64,000 nt of DNA from the NCBI GenBank assembly GCA_001724265.1, contig MEDY01000057.1, positions 1-64,000 of the forward strand, in the 5' to 3' direction. The notes beneath the pieces were generated by a model that saw only the letters and a list, made by a program, of their open reading frames with translations, made no database searches and was not told where the DNA came from. Below, piece after piece: positions 1 through 11,835 of this stretch. The first letter of the stretch is position 1; each line of letters begins with the position of its first letter. The position numbers were made by a program, and so were the translations under genes. The stretch is from Rhizaria sp. SCN 62-66. Lineage: Eukaryota.

Positions 1-418
1 GATATCAAAAATATGTTTTATTTGACGGATGTTTGACAAAGTTGTATGGCTATTTAAAACCGCCCCTTCCAGGCGCGTTTTTGCGTTTTTCATAAACCTA
101 CATCAGGGGTACAATATAAAATAATACAACATCGTCAAATGCTTCCTCGCCAATAGTCAGAACTCACCAGCGTCTGACATTCCTGAAATTCGATTTACGG
201 TGTAAAAATCATAATTTATTGTTATTGAATCGTAAAATGCGTCAGCTTTATCATAAATACGCGTATGTAACTTAACCAACGCATCGGTCTCACAAAAGAA
301 TACAAACAAACACGAACAACAGCAATTCTGAAACCACTGTGAACGATACATTAACATAAACCAACTTTGAACATTGTCTGACTGACTCACCAGGGCGTTT
401 GTTTATGCCTTGATGCAC

Positions 419-3400
419 TCACGCGCCGTTCTCGGCCGTGTCCGCCGCCGCGGCCGCCGCGCCCGCCGCCGCAGCCGCCGCAGCAGCTGCCTCCGCCGCC
501 TCCTTGCGCGCCTTGCGCACGTCTGGCGGGTACGCCATCGCGAGCTTATCGTAGCCCACGACGGCGTGCTGGCGCAGAGAGCGCTCCGGCGCGCGGTGGT
601 CGGGCAGCATCACACGCGGCACCAGCGGGCTCGCCGCCAGCGCGGCAGCGACCTCGGAAGGCGTCGCGTCCGCGGGGAACGCCGCCAGTCCGCCGTTGCC
701 GCCGCCGCCGCCGCCGGCGGTGAAGTCGCTGGGCAGCAGCGCCAGCGCAGTGCCCGTCGCGGAGCCCGGGCCGGGGACGAAAACAACCGGCGCAACCGCG
801 TTGACCGCGGACGTGGCAGTCGTCGCCACAGCGGTGCTCGCGCCACCGTCACTGGTACTCGTGCTCCTAGGACTCGCGACAGTGCTTGTGGCGGGCGCGC
901 CAGTGAGCGCGAGCACCGACAGCGCTCTGTCGGCCGCGGCGGGCGAGGCCCAGGCAGCCGCGTCCGCGCCGACAGCCTCCGCGGCGGCGAGCGTGGGCGC
1001 GAAATAGAACCGCTCCGGCCTGCGCACCGTCACGGGCGACTCGGGGTGGCCGTCGGGCCAGAGCGTAAACACGGTGACCGGCATCCACGGCGCCGCGCGG
1101 TCCGAGCGCGCGCGCGCGGCGGCCGCAGCTAAATGCGGATGCGGCGCCGCAGCGACGGCGCGCGCGACGGCGACGGCGTCGACAGCGGTCGCGTCGACGG
1201 TTGACTTGCTGCTGCCAAGGTTGCTGCCAGCCTTGCCGCTGCCGCCGCCGGTGGCGGTGCGCGCGGCGGCGGCGGAGGCGTCGGCGGCGGCGTCCGCGCG
1301 GGCCTGGTCGAATGCGGCGACGAGCGCGGCGGCCTCGGCGGCGGCGGCGACGCGGTGCGCAGCGACAGCGCGCGCGCCCTGAGGCTGGCTCGTTAACGAC
1401 AACGATGACGACAGCGCTCTACTACTCGTACCCACCGCAGTCGCACCAGGCGTAGTCGTAGACGCAGGCGCAGACACTGATGCTGTGGTCGGAGCGTATA
1501 GAGCGGCGGCGGCGGCCGCGGCCTTGGTGGCTGCGGCGGCGCGCGCGGTGCGTGTCTTGCCCCCTCCGAGCCTGCCGAGCCAGCGGCGCAGCGGCGAGCC
1601 GAGCAGCGCGCCCTCGCGCGGGTCGCGGCGCGCAACTGTGAGCACGCCAAACACGCCCGCCACGGCCTCGACCGAGGACGTCGCCGAGACGGCGGTCAGT
1701 GCGGCGGCCGCGGCGGCGGCGTCGGCGGCCTCGCCAGCGGCCTCGAGGGCGGCGGCGGCGGGCACGTGGCCGTCAACGAGGCCGTCACTCATCGCATGAC
1801 CAGCGGTAGCAGTCGCAGCGCTCGCGGTCACGGGCGCGGAGTCAGACGCGGGAGCGGCGATGTAGCTGCTGCTGCCGGCCGCGGAGTCTGCACTGTGTGA
1901 AGCAATGGGACTAGCGATAGCGGCATGCGGCACAGGCCCCATCACAGTCTCCACGGCGGCCACGGCAGCGGCGAGCGCGGTGCCGCGCGCGGGCGGCTGC
2001 GCGGGCGCCGCGGCCATCAGCGCGCCCGCGGCGGCGGCCGTCGCCGAGGCCAGCGCGTCGCCCGCGGCCGAGTAGCGCGCGGCGCCGGTGGCCCACGAGG
2101 GGTACCACAGAGACGGGGACAGCGCGGGGGACGCGACCGGCGTGCGCACGGTCACCGTCTGACTCGCGATCGAGCCGCGGGGGATGACCGTGAGCGCGCT
2201 GCTCTTGCTACCGGCGCTCGCACCGGCAGTCGTCGCAGAAGACGACGATGAGGGCAGGGCGGTGAGCACGGTGAGTTCGCCCTTGACTGCGAGCGGCTTC
2301 ATACCAGCGTTGCCGCGCGGAGTCGCAGCAGGACTCGCACTGCTAGCGGCAGTGCCCGCAGCAGCAGCGTTCGTGTTCGCGGCTGCAGCTGTGGTGGCAC
2401 CAGCAGCTGTGTTCGCAATAGCAGCTACGCTTGTATGTGTATGAGTGGCTGTGACGGTGGGGTCGAGCAGCGCGTTGAGGTCCCAGTCAACGCGGCCGGC
2501 GCCGCGGCGCGCGAGCACGTAGTCAGTCAGCACGGCGGCTTCGGCGGGGCGCACGGCCGCGAGCGCAAGCGCCTCCACGGCCTCCGGCATCGCGACGCGG
2601 CCCAGGCGGTCGTTGGACCGGCGCGGCGGCAGCGGGGACAGACCGGGCAGGTGCACGAGCTGCGTGCCCGTCGCCCAGAGACAGCGGCCCAGCGACACGC
2701 CGCGCGAGATGTAGTAGGGGCAGCGCGGCGACAGCAGCGAGCGCGCGAGCGCGGCGGCGGCGGCGCGCGAGAGCACGAGGCCGCCCGTCAGCGCCGGGTG
2801 ATCGTCGGCCTCAAGCCACGCGTGCGAGTACACGTGCCCCAGAGCGAGCGGGCATCCGGGCGCGTAGCCCGCGAGCCGCTGCAGCAGAGCGGGGAGGGAG
2901 ACCCAGGCGTCGTCAGGAACGATGAGCGCGAACTGCCACGTCGGCGGCACAACGGCACCACCATTGGCCGTACCTGCGACAGTACCCGTGACGGCGCCCG
3001 TGACGGCGGAACTCGCGCCGGTGCTTCCGGGGGTCCTCATGGAGGCACCCGTGGTGTTGGCGGGCGCAAAGAGCGCGGCCAGAGCGGGCGAGTCCGCGCG
3101 GAGGTATTGCGGCGCGTCAGCAGGGCCGCCGGAGACCCATTGCAGCGCGAACCGGGACGCCGGGCGGCCCTCGGCGCCGTCAGCCGCGGCATCCGCGTTC
3201 GCACCGGCGTCCGCCGAGCTCGTGGCGGCCTCATTACCGTTGCTGCCACTGCCGCTGGTGGCGGCGGTACTGGCGGAGCTCGGGGTGTTGATGCCGCTGT
3301 CGCTGCTCCCGCTACTGTGGAAGAGGTCCGAGGCGTCGAGCACGTCAGCCTCGGCGCCGGCCTCCGTCAGCCAGGTCTTGATGCCGGCGAGCTGGCGCTT

Positions 3401-4261
3401 GGCGGCGGCAACGCGCCCGCGCGCGGTGGCCGTGACGGGGCCCGTGGGCAGCGTGTCATGCAGCAGCGCCACGGAGGGGTGGTTACGCGCCCACGTCGCG
3501 AGCGCCGACGACGACTGCGCGTGGCGGCCGGCGCCCGTGAGCAGCAGGATCAGCAGGGACGACGGCGGCAGCGACGACGGGGGCGCGCTGCTGCTACTGC
3601 TGCTGCTCGAGGCAGGAGATGTGTGGATGTTGCTGCTCTGCGCAGCTGCGGAGGAAGAGATGGTAGTGGTGATGAACAGAGGGTCCGCGATGCGGGGCGT
3701 CTCCAGCGGCTGCGCCTGCGCGCTCCAGCCCTCGGGCGCCCAGGTGGCCGCGGCAGACGCGGCGGCCGCGGCGGCCGCGGCCACTGCAGGGTAGTGTTCA
3801 TGGTTCGCGGTGACGCAACAGGGATGCACGCGAGCGAGCTCGAACGGGTGCATGTACGACTCCGCGCGAGCGCCCGCAGCAACGTGGGCCACCGCACCCG
3901 CAGGGTCCGAGCAGCGCTGGAAGGGCGTGGCCAGCGGGGCGAAGTGCTGCGACGGGACGGGCGGCGGGCGCGTCAGGCCCTGGGCGGGGGTGTCGCCGCC
4001 GACAACGAGCGCGGCAGTCATCAGGCACGCGGAAAGCGCAAAGGCGACAAACAGCAGCGTCATGAACGTGCTCGAGGACGAGGACGACGAGGACGACGGC
4101 GGCGGTGCAAAGGTAAACGCCATGGCGGACGAAGACGACCGCGAACGGTGCTGACGGTTGTTGATGCTGCCGATACCGAGCGCGGGGCCGGCGCTCGCAG
4201 CCAGCGCAGGGGAGGAGCCCGCAAGGCCCTCACCTATCGGCTGGTAGGAGCCACCCAGCAT
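419..4261 (-). CDS. Type II membrane glycosyltransferase-like protein (GT31/fringe-like), intronless, with long Ala/Ser-rich insertions
   Basis: 1280-aa ORF (alternative start Met at 4123). Hydrophobic anchor FMTLLFVAFALSACLMTAALVVGG. GT31-like blocks LLILLLTGAGRH...ALATWAR, FALIVPDDAWVSLPALLQRL, GGLVLSRAA and VSLGRCL. Ends TGA. Confidence 0.65.
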   Translation of the reverse strand: MLGGSYQPIGEGLAGSSPALAASAGPALGIGSINNRQHRSRSSSSAMAFTFAPPPSSSSSSSSSTFMTLLFVAFALSACLMTAALVVGGDTPAQGLTRPPPVPSQHFAPLATPFQRCSDPAGAVAHVAAGARAESYMHPFELARVHPCCVTANHEHYPAVAAAAAAAASAAATWAPEGWSAQAQPLETPRIADPLFITTTISSSAAAQSSNIHTSPASSSSSSSSAPPSSLPPSSLLILLLTGAGRHAQSSSALATWARNHPSVALLHDTLPTGPVTATARGRVAAAKRQLAGIKTWLTEAGAEADVLDASDLFHSSGSSDSGINTPSSASTAATSGSGSNGNEAATSSADAGANADAAADGAEGRPASRFALQWVSGGPADAPQYLRADSPALAALFAPANTTGASMRTPGSTGASSAVTGAVTGTVAGTANGGAVVPPTWQFALIVPDDAWVSLPALLQRLAGYAPGCPLALGHVYSHAWLEADDHPALTGGLVLSRAAAAALARSLLSPRCPYYISRGVSLGRCLWATGTQLVHLPGLSPLPPRRSNDRLGRVAMPEAVEALALAAVRPAEAAVLTDYVLARRGAGRVDWDLNALLDPTVTATHTHTSVAAIANTAAGATTAAAANTNAAAAGTAASSASPAATPRGNAGMKPLAVKGELTVLTALPSSSSSATTAGASAGSKSSALTVIPRGSIASQTVTVRTPVASPALSPSLWYPSWATGAARYSAAGDALASATAAAAGALMAAAPAQPPARGTALAAAVAAVETVMGPVPHAAIASPIASHSADSAAGSSSYIAAPASDSAPVTASAATATAGHAMSDGLVDGHVPAAAALEAAGEAADAAAAAAALTAVSATSSVEAVAGVFGVLTVARRDPREGALLGSPLRRWLGRLGGGKTRTARAAAATKAAAAAAALYAPTTASVSAPASTTTPGATAVGTSSRALSSSLSLTSQPQGARAVAAHRVAAAAEAAALVAAFDQARADAAADASAAAARTATGGGSGKAGSNLGSSKSTVDATAVDAVAVARAVAAAPHPHLAAAAARARSDRAAPWMPVTVFTLWPDGHPESPVTVRRPERFYFAPTLAAAEAVGADAAAWASPAAADRALSVLALTGAPATSTVASPRSTSTSDGGASTAVATTATSAVNAVAPVVFVPGPGSATGTALALLPSDFTAGGGGGGNGGLAAFPADATPSEVAAALAASPLVPRVMLPDHRAPERSLRQHAVVGYDKLAMAYPPDVRKARKEAAEAAAAAAAAAGAAAAAADTAENGA

Positions 4262-5852
4262 GGGGTGTGAAAGCCTGTGAAAGAGTGCTTAAGGGTAGCC
4301 CGTGTTGTTGTCTCCGAAGAACTGGCTGGGAAGCGTGCGGCAGTGGGGCTATTCGAAAGGCATGCAAGGCAAGATGAATCAAAAAATGGACAAGGTGAGA
4401 ACCTATCATGTTACTAAGAACATTGGATAAAGTATGATGTAATGTAGCGCATTTTTATCCCGGAAATCGTGGATATCCCCCTAACTAACGATTATGGCGG
4501 GTGATAAATGGGCTTCGAAAACAGCCGAGCGCACTGCACGGTCTTGTCCGACGACCGCAGGCTAGCCACAAACGGTTTTTACAAGTGCTCTAAGCATTTT
4601 ATTTGTCGTACCGATATCATATAGACGTATATTGATGAGAAACCGCGCATCAGGCATTCTTGGTGCGTATATTCTTGAATTTCAATGTTAACTTGCAATC
4701 ATCATGCATTCAGCGCTATATCAAGCGCTAAAATGATAGCTTTGCCGCGCGCTACATGTAACGTCAAATAGTTCTGACTGTATTTCTTCATAGGCTTCAA
4801 AATATCGGACTCGTGTTCAGTTGGGTTCTGAACAGTTTTGTGTTGCCAATGGTGGTGACTGGTGAGAACGAAATCGCGTCCCACCGTTGCCCGTAGCCGT
4901 TGGCGTGGCCGACCTCAGATTGACAGACATGACATGTGCAAAGCAAACCTCGACGCATAATTGCACAAGTGCTTGAGATAACAAACACAGCAACAATGCG
5001 GCAAGAATGGAGTCACCGGCAAGACAACAACACACGCCTCCTAATAGCGCGAGTGTGATGTTACGGTGCAAAGAAGAAGTGTGAAAGACAAAGGACGGAA
5101 GGGAAGAGGGGGACAGAAATGAAGCGATAGTAAAGCAAAGCTGGAACTGCACAGGTGAGGGGACACTGAAGTTTTACTCAACAAAGAACTGAAAGAACAA
5201 AATCAAATAGATTAACGCGCTGTAGAACCGAAGTAAAACAACAAAGAAAAAAAAAAGATATGAGTCCACTGGGGCCGCTACTGATACAAAAGCGTTGTGA
5301 CAGAAACAAAGCTATGCAGGAGCGGGTACGATATGGAACAAAAGGATATTGTTTTTTTAACTAAACATTTACCGAGATGCAATGACCGAAAAATGAATGA
5401 ATACAAGTGTGTAGCAGTCTGCACAAACATGGCAATCAATTGGTACGATTATTGTCGAGTTTGTCGCAAAGGAAGCAGTAATAATGGCAGCGGGTGCCCA
5501 ATCCTAGCTGCACTACAGCACTAGTGCTACAGCTGCAGCACTGAAAAAAATAAAGAAAGAAACATCTCAAAACACAACAAATGTGAAATAAGCAAGCGCA
5601 AAAAGAAACAAAACGTCAATGCCTGCCATCGTATATTTCGGCAGACTGATGACAAACAAACAATGCATGAGCGCAATCACATTGCATGTATACGTAACAC
5701 ATGCAATGTGTGGACACAAACATTGCCCTGCTGCAGCGCACGCATATATGCACTCATGCGTACGCGCTCGTACTCCATGTAGTCTGTGACAAGGCTGCTC
5801 GACGTGCGCTGTCATTTCAAAATCATGAGCATTCGCGTCGACTGACGTATAT

Positions 5853-7983
5853 TTACGCGCGTGCCTTGCTGTTGTTGACGAGCGCAGCCGTAAGCTCTTC
5901 AGTCGCCGCGCCCTGCTTCAGCCCTGCAAAGTCAACGCTCCTGAGGCGGCCCTGCACGCGCGCGGCCTCGGCAAGCGCCTTCACGGCGGCGTCCGTGACT
6001 GCGTAGTTGAGCCCCAGTCCGAGCTCCGCGAGCGCGGGCGCGGCGCCGGCGCGGAGCGCCGCAGCGAGGGCCGACACGCCCGCATCGCCGAAGCTGTTGC
6101 TCGTCAGGTGCAGCGCCGTCAGCGGCGACGGGGTGCCGGCAGCGTGCAGGGCTGACAGCGCGGCCGCGAGGGAAGTCAAGCCCGGGTTGCCGAGCTGCGT
6201 GCGTGTGGGGAATCGGTTAAAGCAAGAAAGAGAAAAAATGACATTATGTAAGATGAGAAAACAAATCGCGTTTCAATATCAGTCGGTGCTCCTATTAAGG
6301 AAATGTGTGTTTGCAATATGATTGCAATGCTACTGATGATAAAACGTACCGACGTGTTGTTCAGGTGGAGCGTCGTGGCCGTGATCAGCAGCCTGCCTCC
6401 GTTCGATGGGAACAGCAGCTTCGCGCCTTCATCCCCTACCGCATTCCCGGTCAAGTTCAGCTCGCTCAGCGCCGTGCGGCCGAGCTGACTCAGCAGCGCG
6501 CGGTCGTCATCCGTCTCGTGTGAGATCTTGTTGGACTGGAGACTCAGCGTGCGCAGTGACGTGTTCTGCTCCAGCGCCGCCGCGAGCTCGGCGGCGGAGA
6601 AACGCGGCGCGGGCTGCTGCTTGAACGCCAGCGCGCGCACGTTGAATTGCGCCATGTCCAGCGCAGACACGCTATTGGCGCGCAGAGTCTCGCGGTAGTC
6701 GATGAACCGTGCAGTCGCGTTCTCCGCACCACCGGCACCCGCACTCGAGCTCGCGCTGGCGTTGGCGGCAGCGTTCGTGTTGTTGTTGTTGGAGCGTTTG
6801 GCGCTGAACGGGAAGAGCCCCTCGTCGTCGTCGTTGGCGCTAGCAACAGCAGCCTTGGCCTTGGCATCAGCCTCGGCGACCTTGGCTTTAGCTTCCGCCA
6901 CAGCCTTCGCTCTCGCGTCAGCCTCGGCCTTGGCCTTGGCCTCGGCCTTGGCCTTGGGGTTGGCGTTGACCGCCGCCGCCTCGCGCAGCTTCGCCAGCCC
7001 AGGGCCGTCCCGCAGCCCCGCTGTGACAACCGTGGCGAGCCGTCCCTGCGCGGCGGCGGCGGCCGCGAGCTCGGCCAGCACGGCGTCACTGGCGGCCGAG
7101 GCGGAGAAGCCCGAGTTGAGCCCGAAGTCGAGCTCGGCCAGCGCGGGCACCGCGCCGGCCGTGAGGGCGCGCGCAAGGGCCTGCAGACCGGCGTCGCCCA
7201 GCGCGTTGCCGGAGAGGGAGAGACGCGCTAGTGGCGACGGCGACGGGGACTGGGAGTGCGCGGCGGCGGCAGAGGTGAGGTGGAGCAGGGCCGTGGCGAG
7301 CGCAGTGACGCCGGCGTGGGTCAACTGTAGCCGTGTCAAAACAAGATAACAAATTGAAGGGAGTAAGTGCGAATCAACAAGTACGCAGAAATGATCGAAG
7401 TAACCAAGTCGATGGACTGCCTACCAAAAGAAAAATGCAAGATGATAACAGTTTTGTTCGTTATGATGTCGTTTTGTAGAGAAATTGAAGTGTAAACGTA
7501 CCGCGTTGTTGGGGAGACGCAGAGTAGTGACAGTGCTCAGGAGCTTGTTGCCGCTCCCGCCAGCGCCAGTGGCAAACAAGAGCTCCGCGCCTTTGTCCCC
7601 GATGGCGTTGCTGCCCAAGTCAAGCTCTTCCAGTGCAGAGCGGCCGAGCTGAGTCAACAGCGCACGGTCGTCGTCAGTCTCGTGCGAGATCTTGTTCCCC
7701 TGCAGCGTTAGCGAGCGCAGGGACGTGTTCTGCGACAAAGCAACCGCCAAGTCGCCAGAGGAAAAGCGCACGGGCGGCTGGTCGCGGAAGGCGAGCGCTC
7801 GCACGTTGAACTTGGAGAGATCGAGCTCGGTCACGCTGTTGGCGGCGAGGGACGCACGGTAGTCTGTGAAACGCGCGGTAGCGGTACTCACGGTAGCCGT
7901 GGCAGAACTCGTGCTGGGGACGGTGGTACTCGCAGTAACAGCGGGGGCGGCGGAGGATCGCTTGGCGTTGAAGGGAAACAGAG
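5853..7983 (-). repeat. Internal tandem duplication of an exon-intron-exon LRR module (about 7983-6960 and 6820-5853)
   Basis: Both copies encode LFPFxAKRS, FNVRALAF, QNTSLRxLxLQxNKISHETDDDRALL, PALAELxxGLN and QGRL, with an intron at the same position. Confidence 0.85.
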
Positions 7984-8320
7984 CGTCGGCGTCAGCGCTG
8001 TCACTATTCGCAGCAACAGCAGCAGCAGCAACATCAGTGTTGTTTGCAGTGCTGGTGTTGTTTTTGCTGGAGGCGGGCTCCGATTTAGCCTCAGTCGCGG
8101 AAGCAGCGGAATTGGGCGCCACGGCGGCAGGTGACTCGGGCTTGGCTGCGTGTGCATGCTTGTTGCTGTCGCCGTCGTGAGCAGCAGCAGCAGCAGCAGC
8201 GTTGTTGTCAGACTTGTTCTCGGGCTTGTTGTTGTTGTTGTGATCGGGGTAAGCCGCGGGCTTGGGGCCGGTGGCCGGGGACGGTTCGGCAGCGGTGGCC
8301 GTGCTGGCACCACAACCCAT
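5853..8320 (-). CDS. Leucine-rich-repeat (RNase-inhibitor-like) protein with N-terminal acylation motif; 3 exons: 8320-7502, 7324-6350, 6194-5853
   Basis: Starts MGCGAS (N-myristoyl Gly plus Cys). RI-type LRRs LRSLTLQGNKI, LEELDLGSNAIGDKGA, LARLSLSGNALGDAG. Two phase-0 GTACGT...CAG introns (7501-7325, 6349-6195) join three ORF-track pieces in frame. Ends TAA. Confidence 0.85.
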
Positions 8321-8828
8321 AGTGACTGCGTGAACGAGTGCGGGGACGGAGAACGAAGGAGGGGGGTGCGAGTTGTGAGTGACTACTGAAAAGCAGCTCT
8401 AACGGAGACATAAAGGAAGATTCGCGCACACTATGCATTTACAATACAATATATACGTGTTTAATATCATGCAACTCGGAAACTTGGCTCCAAGTGTGAT
8501 ATGAAAGCTGGAATATATCGTAAGAGCGACAATACGAGGGATCTTCGAGAAACGTTGCGACCAAGCCCGTGGCCTTCAAATTGAGTGCGTCAAAAGAAGG
8601 CAATATCGGTTTCGTCGTGATCCATTGATTTGCTCGGAATACCAAACGTTGTTTTAAGATACTATATTTCATATTTATTTCAGGGCTGACGATCACAATC
8701 TCTTGTTTCAATCTCTTCTGTTGTGCCATTCGCGAGTAGCAGTGGAACCAACTGAGAGCACCACAAGTCTCATACAACCGCCACCGACACCAGTTTGGCT
8801 TTCCATATCAATCAGCGCCCCTCCGACG

Positions 8829-9869
8829 ATGCAGGGCGCGTCGTCCTCGTTGTTTTTGGCTACGCCGGGCGCAGCTGCCCCGTCCCCGGTCCTGGACACG
8901 CACTGTCTGCTCAACGCCGACACCCTCCGCGCCGCAACCTCTGCTTCGGTGCGCCTGGCCCGCGTCCGCGCCTGCGCCGTCTCTGCTGCGGCCGACGACG
9001 CCGCGGTCGCGTGTGGTGACAGCGACTGCGAGTCTGACTGGTCCGTCGACTCTCTCGCGGCCTCGGACCAGCCCCCGCCGCCCCTCGCGGCGACCGTGCC
9101 TGGCATCGCTCACTCGCTGCACGGCCCCGGGCTCTCGCTGCCCAGCGCCAACTCCAACAGCGGCGGCGATGGCGGTGGGATGTATCCGCACTCGCATCTC
9201 GCGCACGCGCAGTCGTCGCAGTTGCTGACACACGCTTACCACAGCCACGCCCACGGTCACGGTCATGTGCACGGCTATCAGACTCAGACGATGCCGGCGA
9301 ATGCGCACGCTCACGCAGACACCGCTGGTCCTGTCTACGGGCCCGGAATCAGCCAGGGGCCGCGCCGGGGCTTCGATGGCGGCGCTAGCGCAAGTCTCTA
9401 CAACAATTATGGCAATGTTAGCAGCAACAGCAACGTGAACATGAGTAGCGCAAGCGCAAGCGCAAGCTCGGGTGGGAGTGCAAGTGTGAGTGCAAGCCAG
9501 CGTGAGCTGCAACTTTGGCAGCAATTACATCTGCAGCAGATGCAGCTTCAGACCAATGGGAGCGCGAGCCCTGGGTTCCCAGCTGGTCCCGGTCCCAGTC
9601 ACCCGGAACAGCAGCAACCACAGCCTAATGCGCAGACACAGACGCTGTCGCAGCTGTCGCCGGTCCCCCATTCGCCATCTCCTGTGGCTCTGTCAGCGCA
9701 AACTAGCTCAACAACAGCAGCAGCAACAGCAGTAGCAGCGGCAGCGGCAGCCGCAGCGGTAGTGGGCGGAGGGGGGCTGACAGTGGCGCAGCAGCAACAA
9801 CAGCAGGCGATCGCGTCTCTGAAGCTCGGCAGCGGCGCGGGGCCTGCGGCGCGGCTGCTGTACCGCTGA
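8829..9869 (+). CDS. Hypothetical 346-aa protein, mostly low complexity (His/Gln/Ala/Ser); N-terminus weakly APC15-like
   Basis: GC-rich ORF with ATG at 8829 between AT-rich flanks, ending TGA. Codon style matches the neighbouring genes. Confidence 0.6.
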   Translation: MQGASSSLFLATPGAAAPSPVLDTHCLLNADTLRAATSASVRLARVRACAVSAAADDAAVACGDSDCESDWSVDSLAASDQPPPPLAATVPGIAHSLHGPGLSLPSANSNSGGDGGGMYPHSHLAHAQSSQLLTHAYHSHAHGHGHVHGYQTQTMPANAHAHADTAGPVYGPGISQGPRRGFDGGASASLYNNYGNVSSNSNVNMSSASASASSGGSASVSASQRELQLWQQLHLQQMQLQTNGSASPGFPAGPGPSHPEQQQPQPNAQTQTLSQLSPVPHSPSPVALSAQTSSTTAAATAVAAAAAAAAVVGGGGLTVAQQQQQQAIASLKLGSGAGPAARLLYR

Positions 9870-10682
9870 CACTGATCCAACCACGTCTAGGTTGTTTAAA
9901 CTCTCGTCCTGCAGTCGGAAGCTGTTGTTGACTCAGAGTTCATGTAGAATGCGATGTGTTTTTTCATAAATGCCGCTGTCTGTTGTGTGTGTGAAGCCAA
10001 CGCTCTCGCGTGCCACCTGTTCATAGCCACCATCAAAAAGACCATGCGAAGTGTTTTATTGGTCAATATGTTCCGACACATCTGTCATCCCGTGTTATAT
10101 AGTATTGCCGTCATTGGCCTTTTCCTCGTTCCAGTGATATGGATCAAATGTTCATACAATATACGTAATGTATCTCGATCCATGTTGATAATATAAACTT
10201 TAACTGACACAGATCCTGTATTCCCACCTTGTTAAGCTTATGATCGGAGTGATATTTCATCTTAACTTGCAAGCAAGCCAAATCACTATTTAGCCCGCTC
10301 ACAGTCACTCGCCACGCAACAGACAAACACAGCAACTGTGCACTCAGAATTGCAACAACAACTCGCACACCACTAGATAACAACAAAGGAGTCACGTCAT
10401 CCTACATCCAGTAAGATGACATAACCTCAACTTGAACACTGCTCGCGTTGCAAGCCAAACGACAGTGGCTCGCTGGCTCAGTGGGCTTGGTCCCCAACAC
10501 GCTCAGATCCTACACAAATACACGTCCACGTCGACACGCACGTGTAATTCTCAATCATAACAGCGGCAACACCAAACGGTACACACGCGCAGAGAGTGTC
10601 TAGACAACTCAATACTGCATCGCACGGCGCCGACGCACTGCACTGCTCACATCACCTCCGCAAGCGCACGCGCGCGGGGCGC

Positions 10683-11313
10683 TTACGTGGAGCCATAGGC
10701 GCGGTCGGCGCCTGAGCCTGCGCGCTGCAACGTGGCCGGGTTGTTTGTGATATGGCCACCCGAGGCCTTGATGGCGCACATCTGCAACGCAAGCGCCCAC
10801 TCGCGGCACTCCTCGGCAGACTTGGCCTGGATGTCGAGCTTGCCCTGGGACGACGCGGTGAGGTAGATCATCGCCTTGGTCGTAGAGACGTCCGCCGCAC
10901 ATGTTGCGCCGTAGAGGGAAAACTGGCGCAGGGGCACCGTCGCCTGCGAGAGGTCGAAATAGAGCGCGTATGGAACGAGAGTGAGTGGATCATGTGAAAA
11001 TGATTGAGATGATTGGCGCGAGCGACAGACAAACGAGTGAAGTGAGACAAGGGTTGTTGCAAATGAAAATGGCGCAGACAAAGAGCATAGTCGAGTGGCT
11101 GTCGGTGAAAACGAGCAAGCATTGATAGGCAAGACAGGGTTTACGTACGGTCTCGCCCGAAAAAATGAAGACGGTGTTGTTGCGGATGACGACGTAGCGC
11201 TTCTCCCACGCGCCCCAGGGGCAACAGCAGAAGGTCGTCTCCATGTGCACGTGCAGCCACCCGGCCTTGATGATCAGACCGCTGTTCAGGTCGCGGCTAG
11301 CAGGCGCCTCCAT
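10683..11313 (-). CDS. Small stand-alone PH-domain protein; exons 11313-11149 and 10943-10683
   Basis: IIKAGWLH...WEKRYVVIRNNTVFIF joins across a GTACGT...CAG intron to ...IQAKSAEECREWALAL, the typical PH C-terminal helix with Trp. Confidence 0.85.
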
Positions 11314-11835
11314 GCTGAATACATTGCGGGTGAGAGGTGCGGGCGCGTGCGCGCAGAGTGAGTGAGGCGACGTGGGCGTGCGTGAAAAGGGGAGAGAGAT
11401 ACCGGAAGATATGAGTGTGTTGTGAGAAATTTTAAATATAAATGAATACCTGACAACAAATTTGTCGCAAAAGTCGCGCTGAAATCTATGTTGTCGGAAT
11501 CTATAAAGCGTACAATCTATTTGAAAATGGCCCTCTCTGACACAGGAGGGGGTGTCCCAAATCGCGCTCCTTCACTGACGGACCTAGCGCATTTACCAAA
11601 CATATGCCAATGTAGCCCTCAATTAATCGCTGAGCATAAATAAAGACTTAAAGGTTAAATGTGGGCACGAATATTTCTCTAATGACCCTTTATTATTGTC
11701 AGGCCCTGCACCTCGGCCGCGTAATTGTGCTATGTACCAACTCGTATGAGTCAAAAATCGACGTAACCATACGGCGCGCCACACGCGCTGAACCACCGTC
11801 TTCGGTCTCTAGCCTCGAGCGCTCACTCACCGCCG

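Noticed and set aside
2435-4270. Long antisense ORFs (611 aa here; also 25204..27045, 16832..18334, 28584..30278, 50588..51964)
   Set aside because: They lie opposite well-supported genes and are expected shadows of GC-rich codon usage. The translations have no recognisable domains.
4702-5815. Short ORFs between the GT31-like and LRR genes
   Set aside because: AT-rich, non-coding composition, no motifs and no consistent splice model. This is more likely UTR or spacer.
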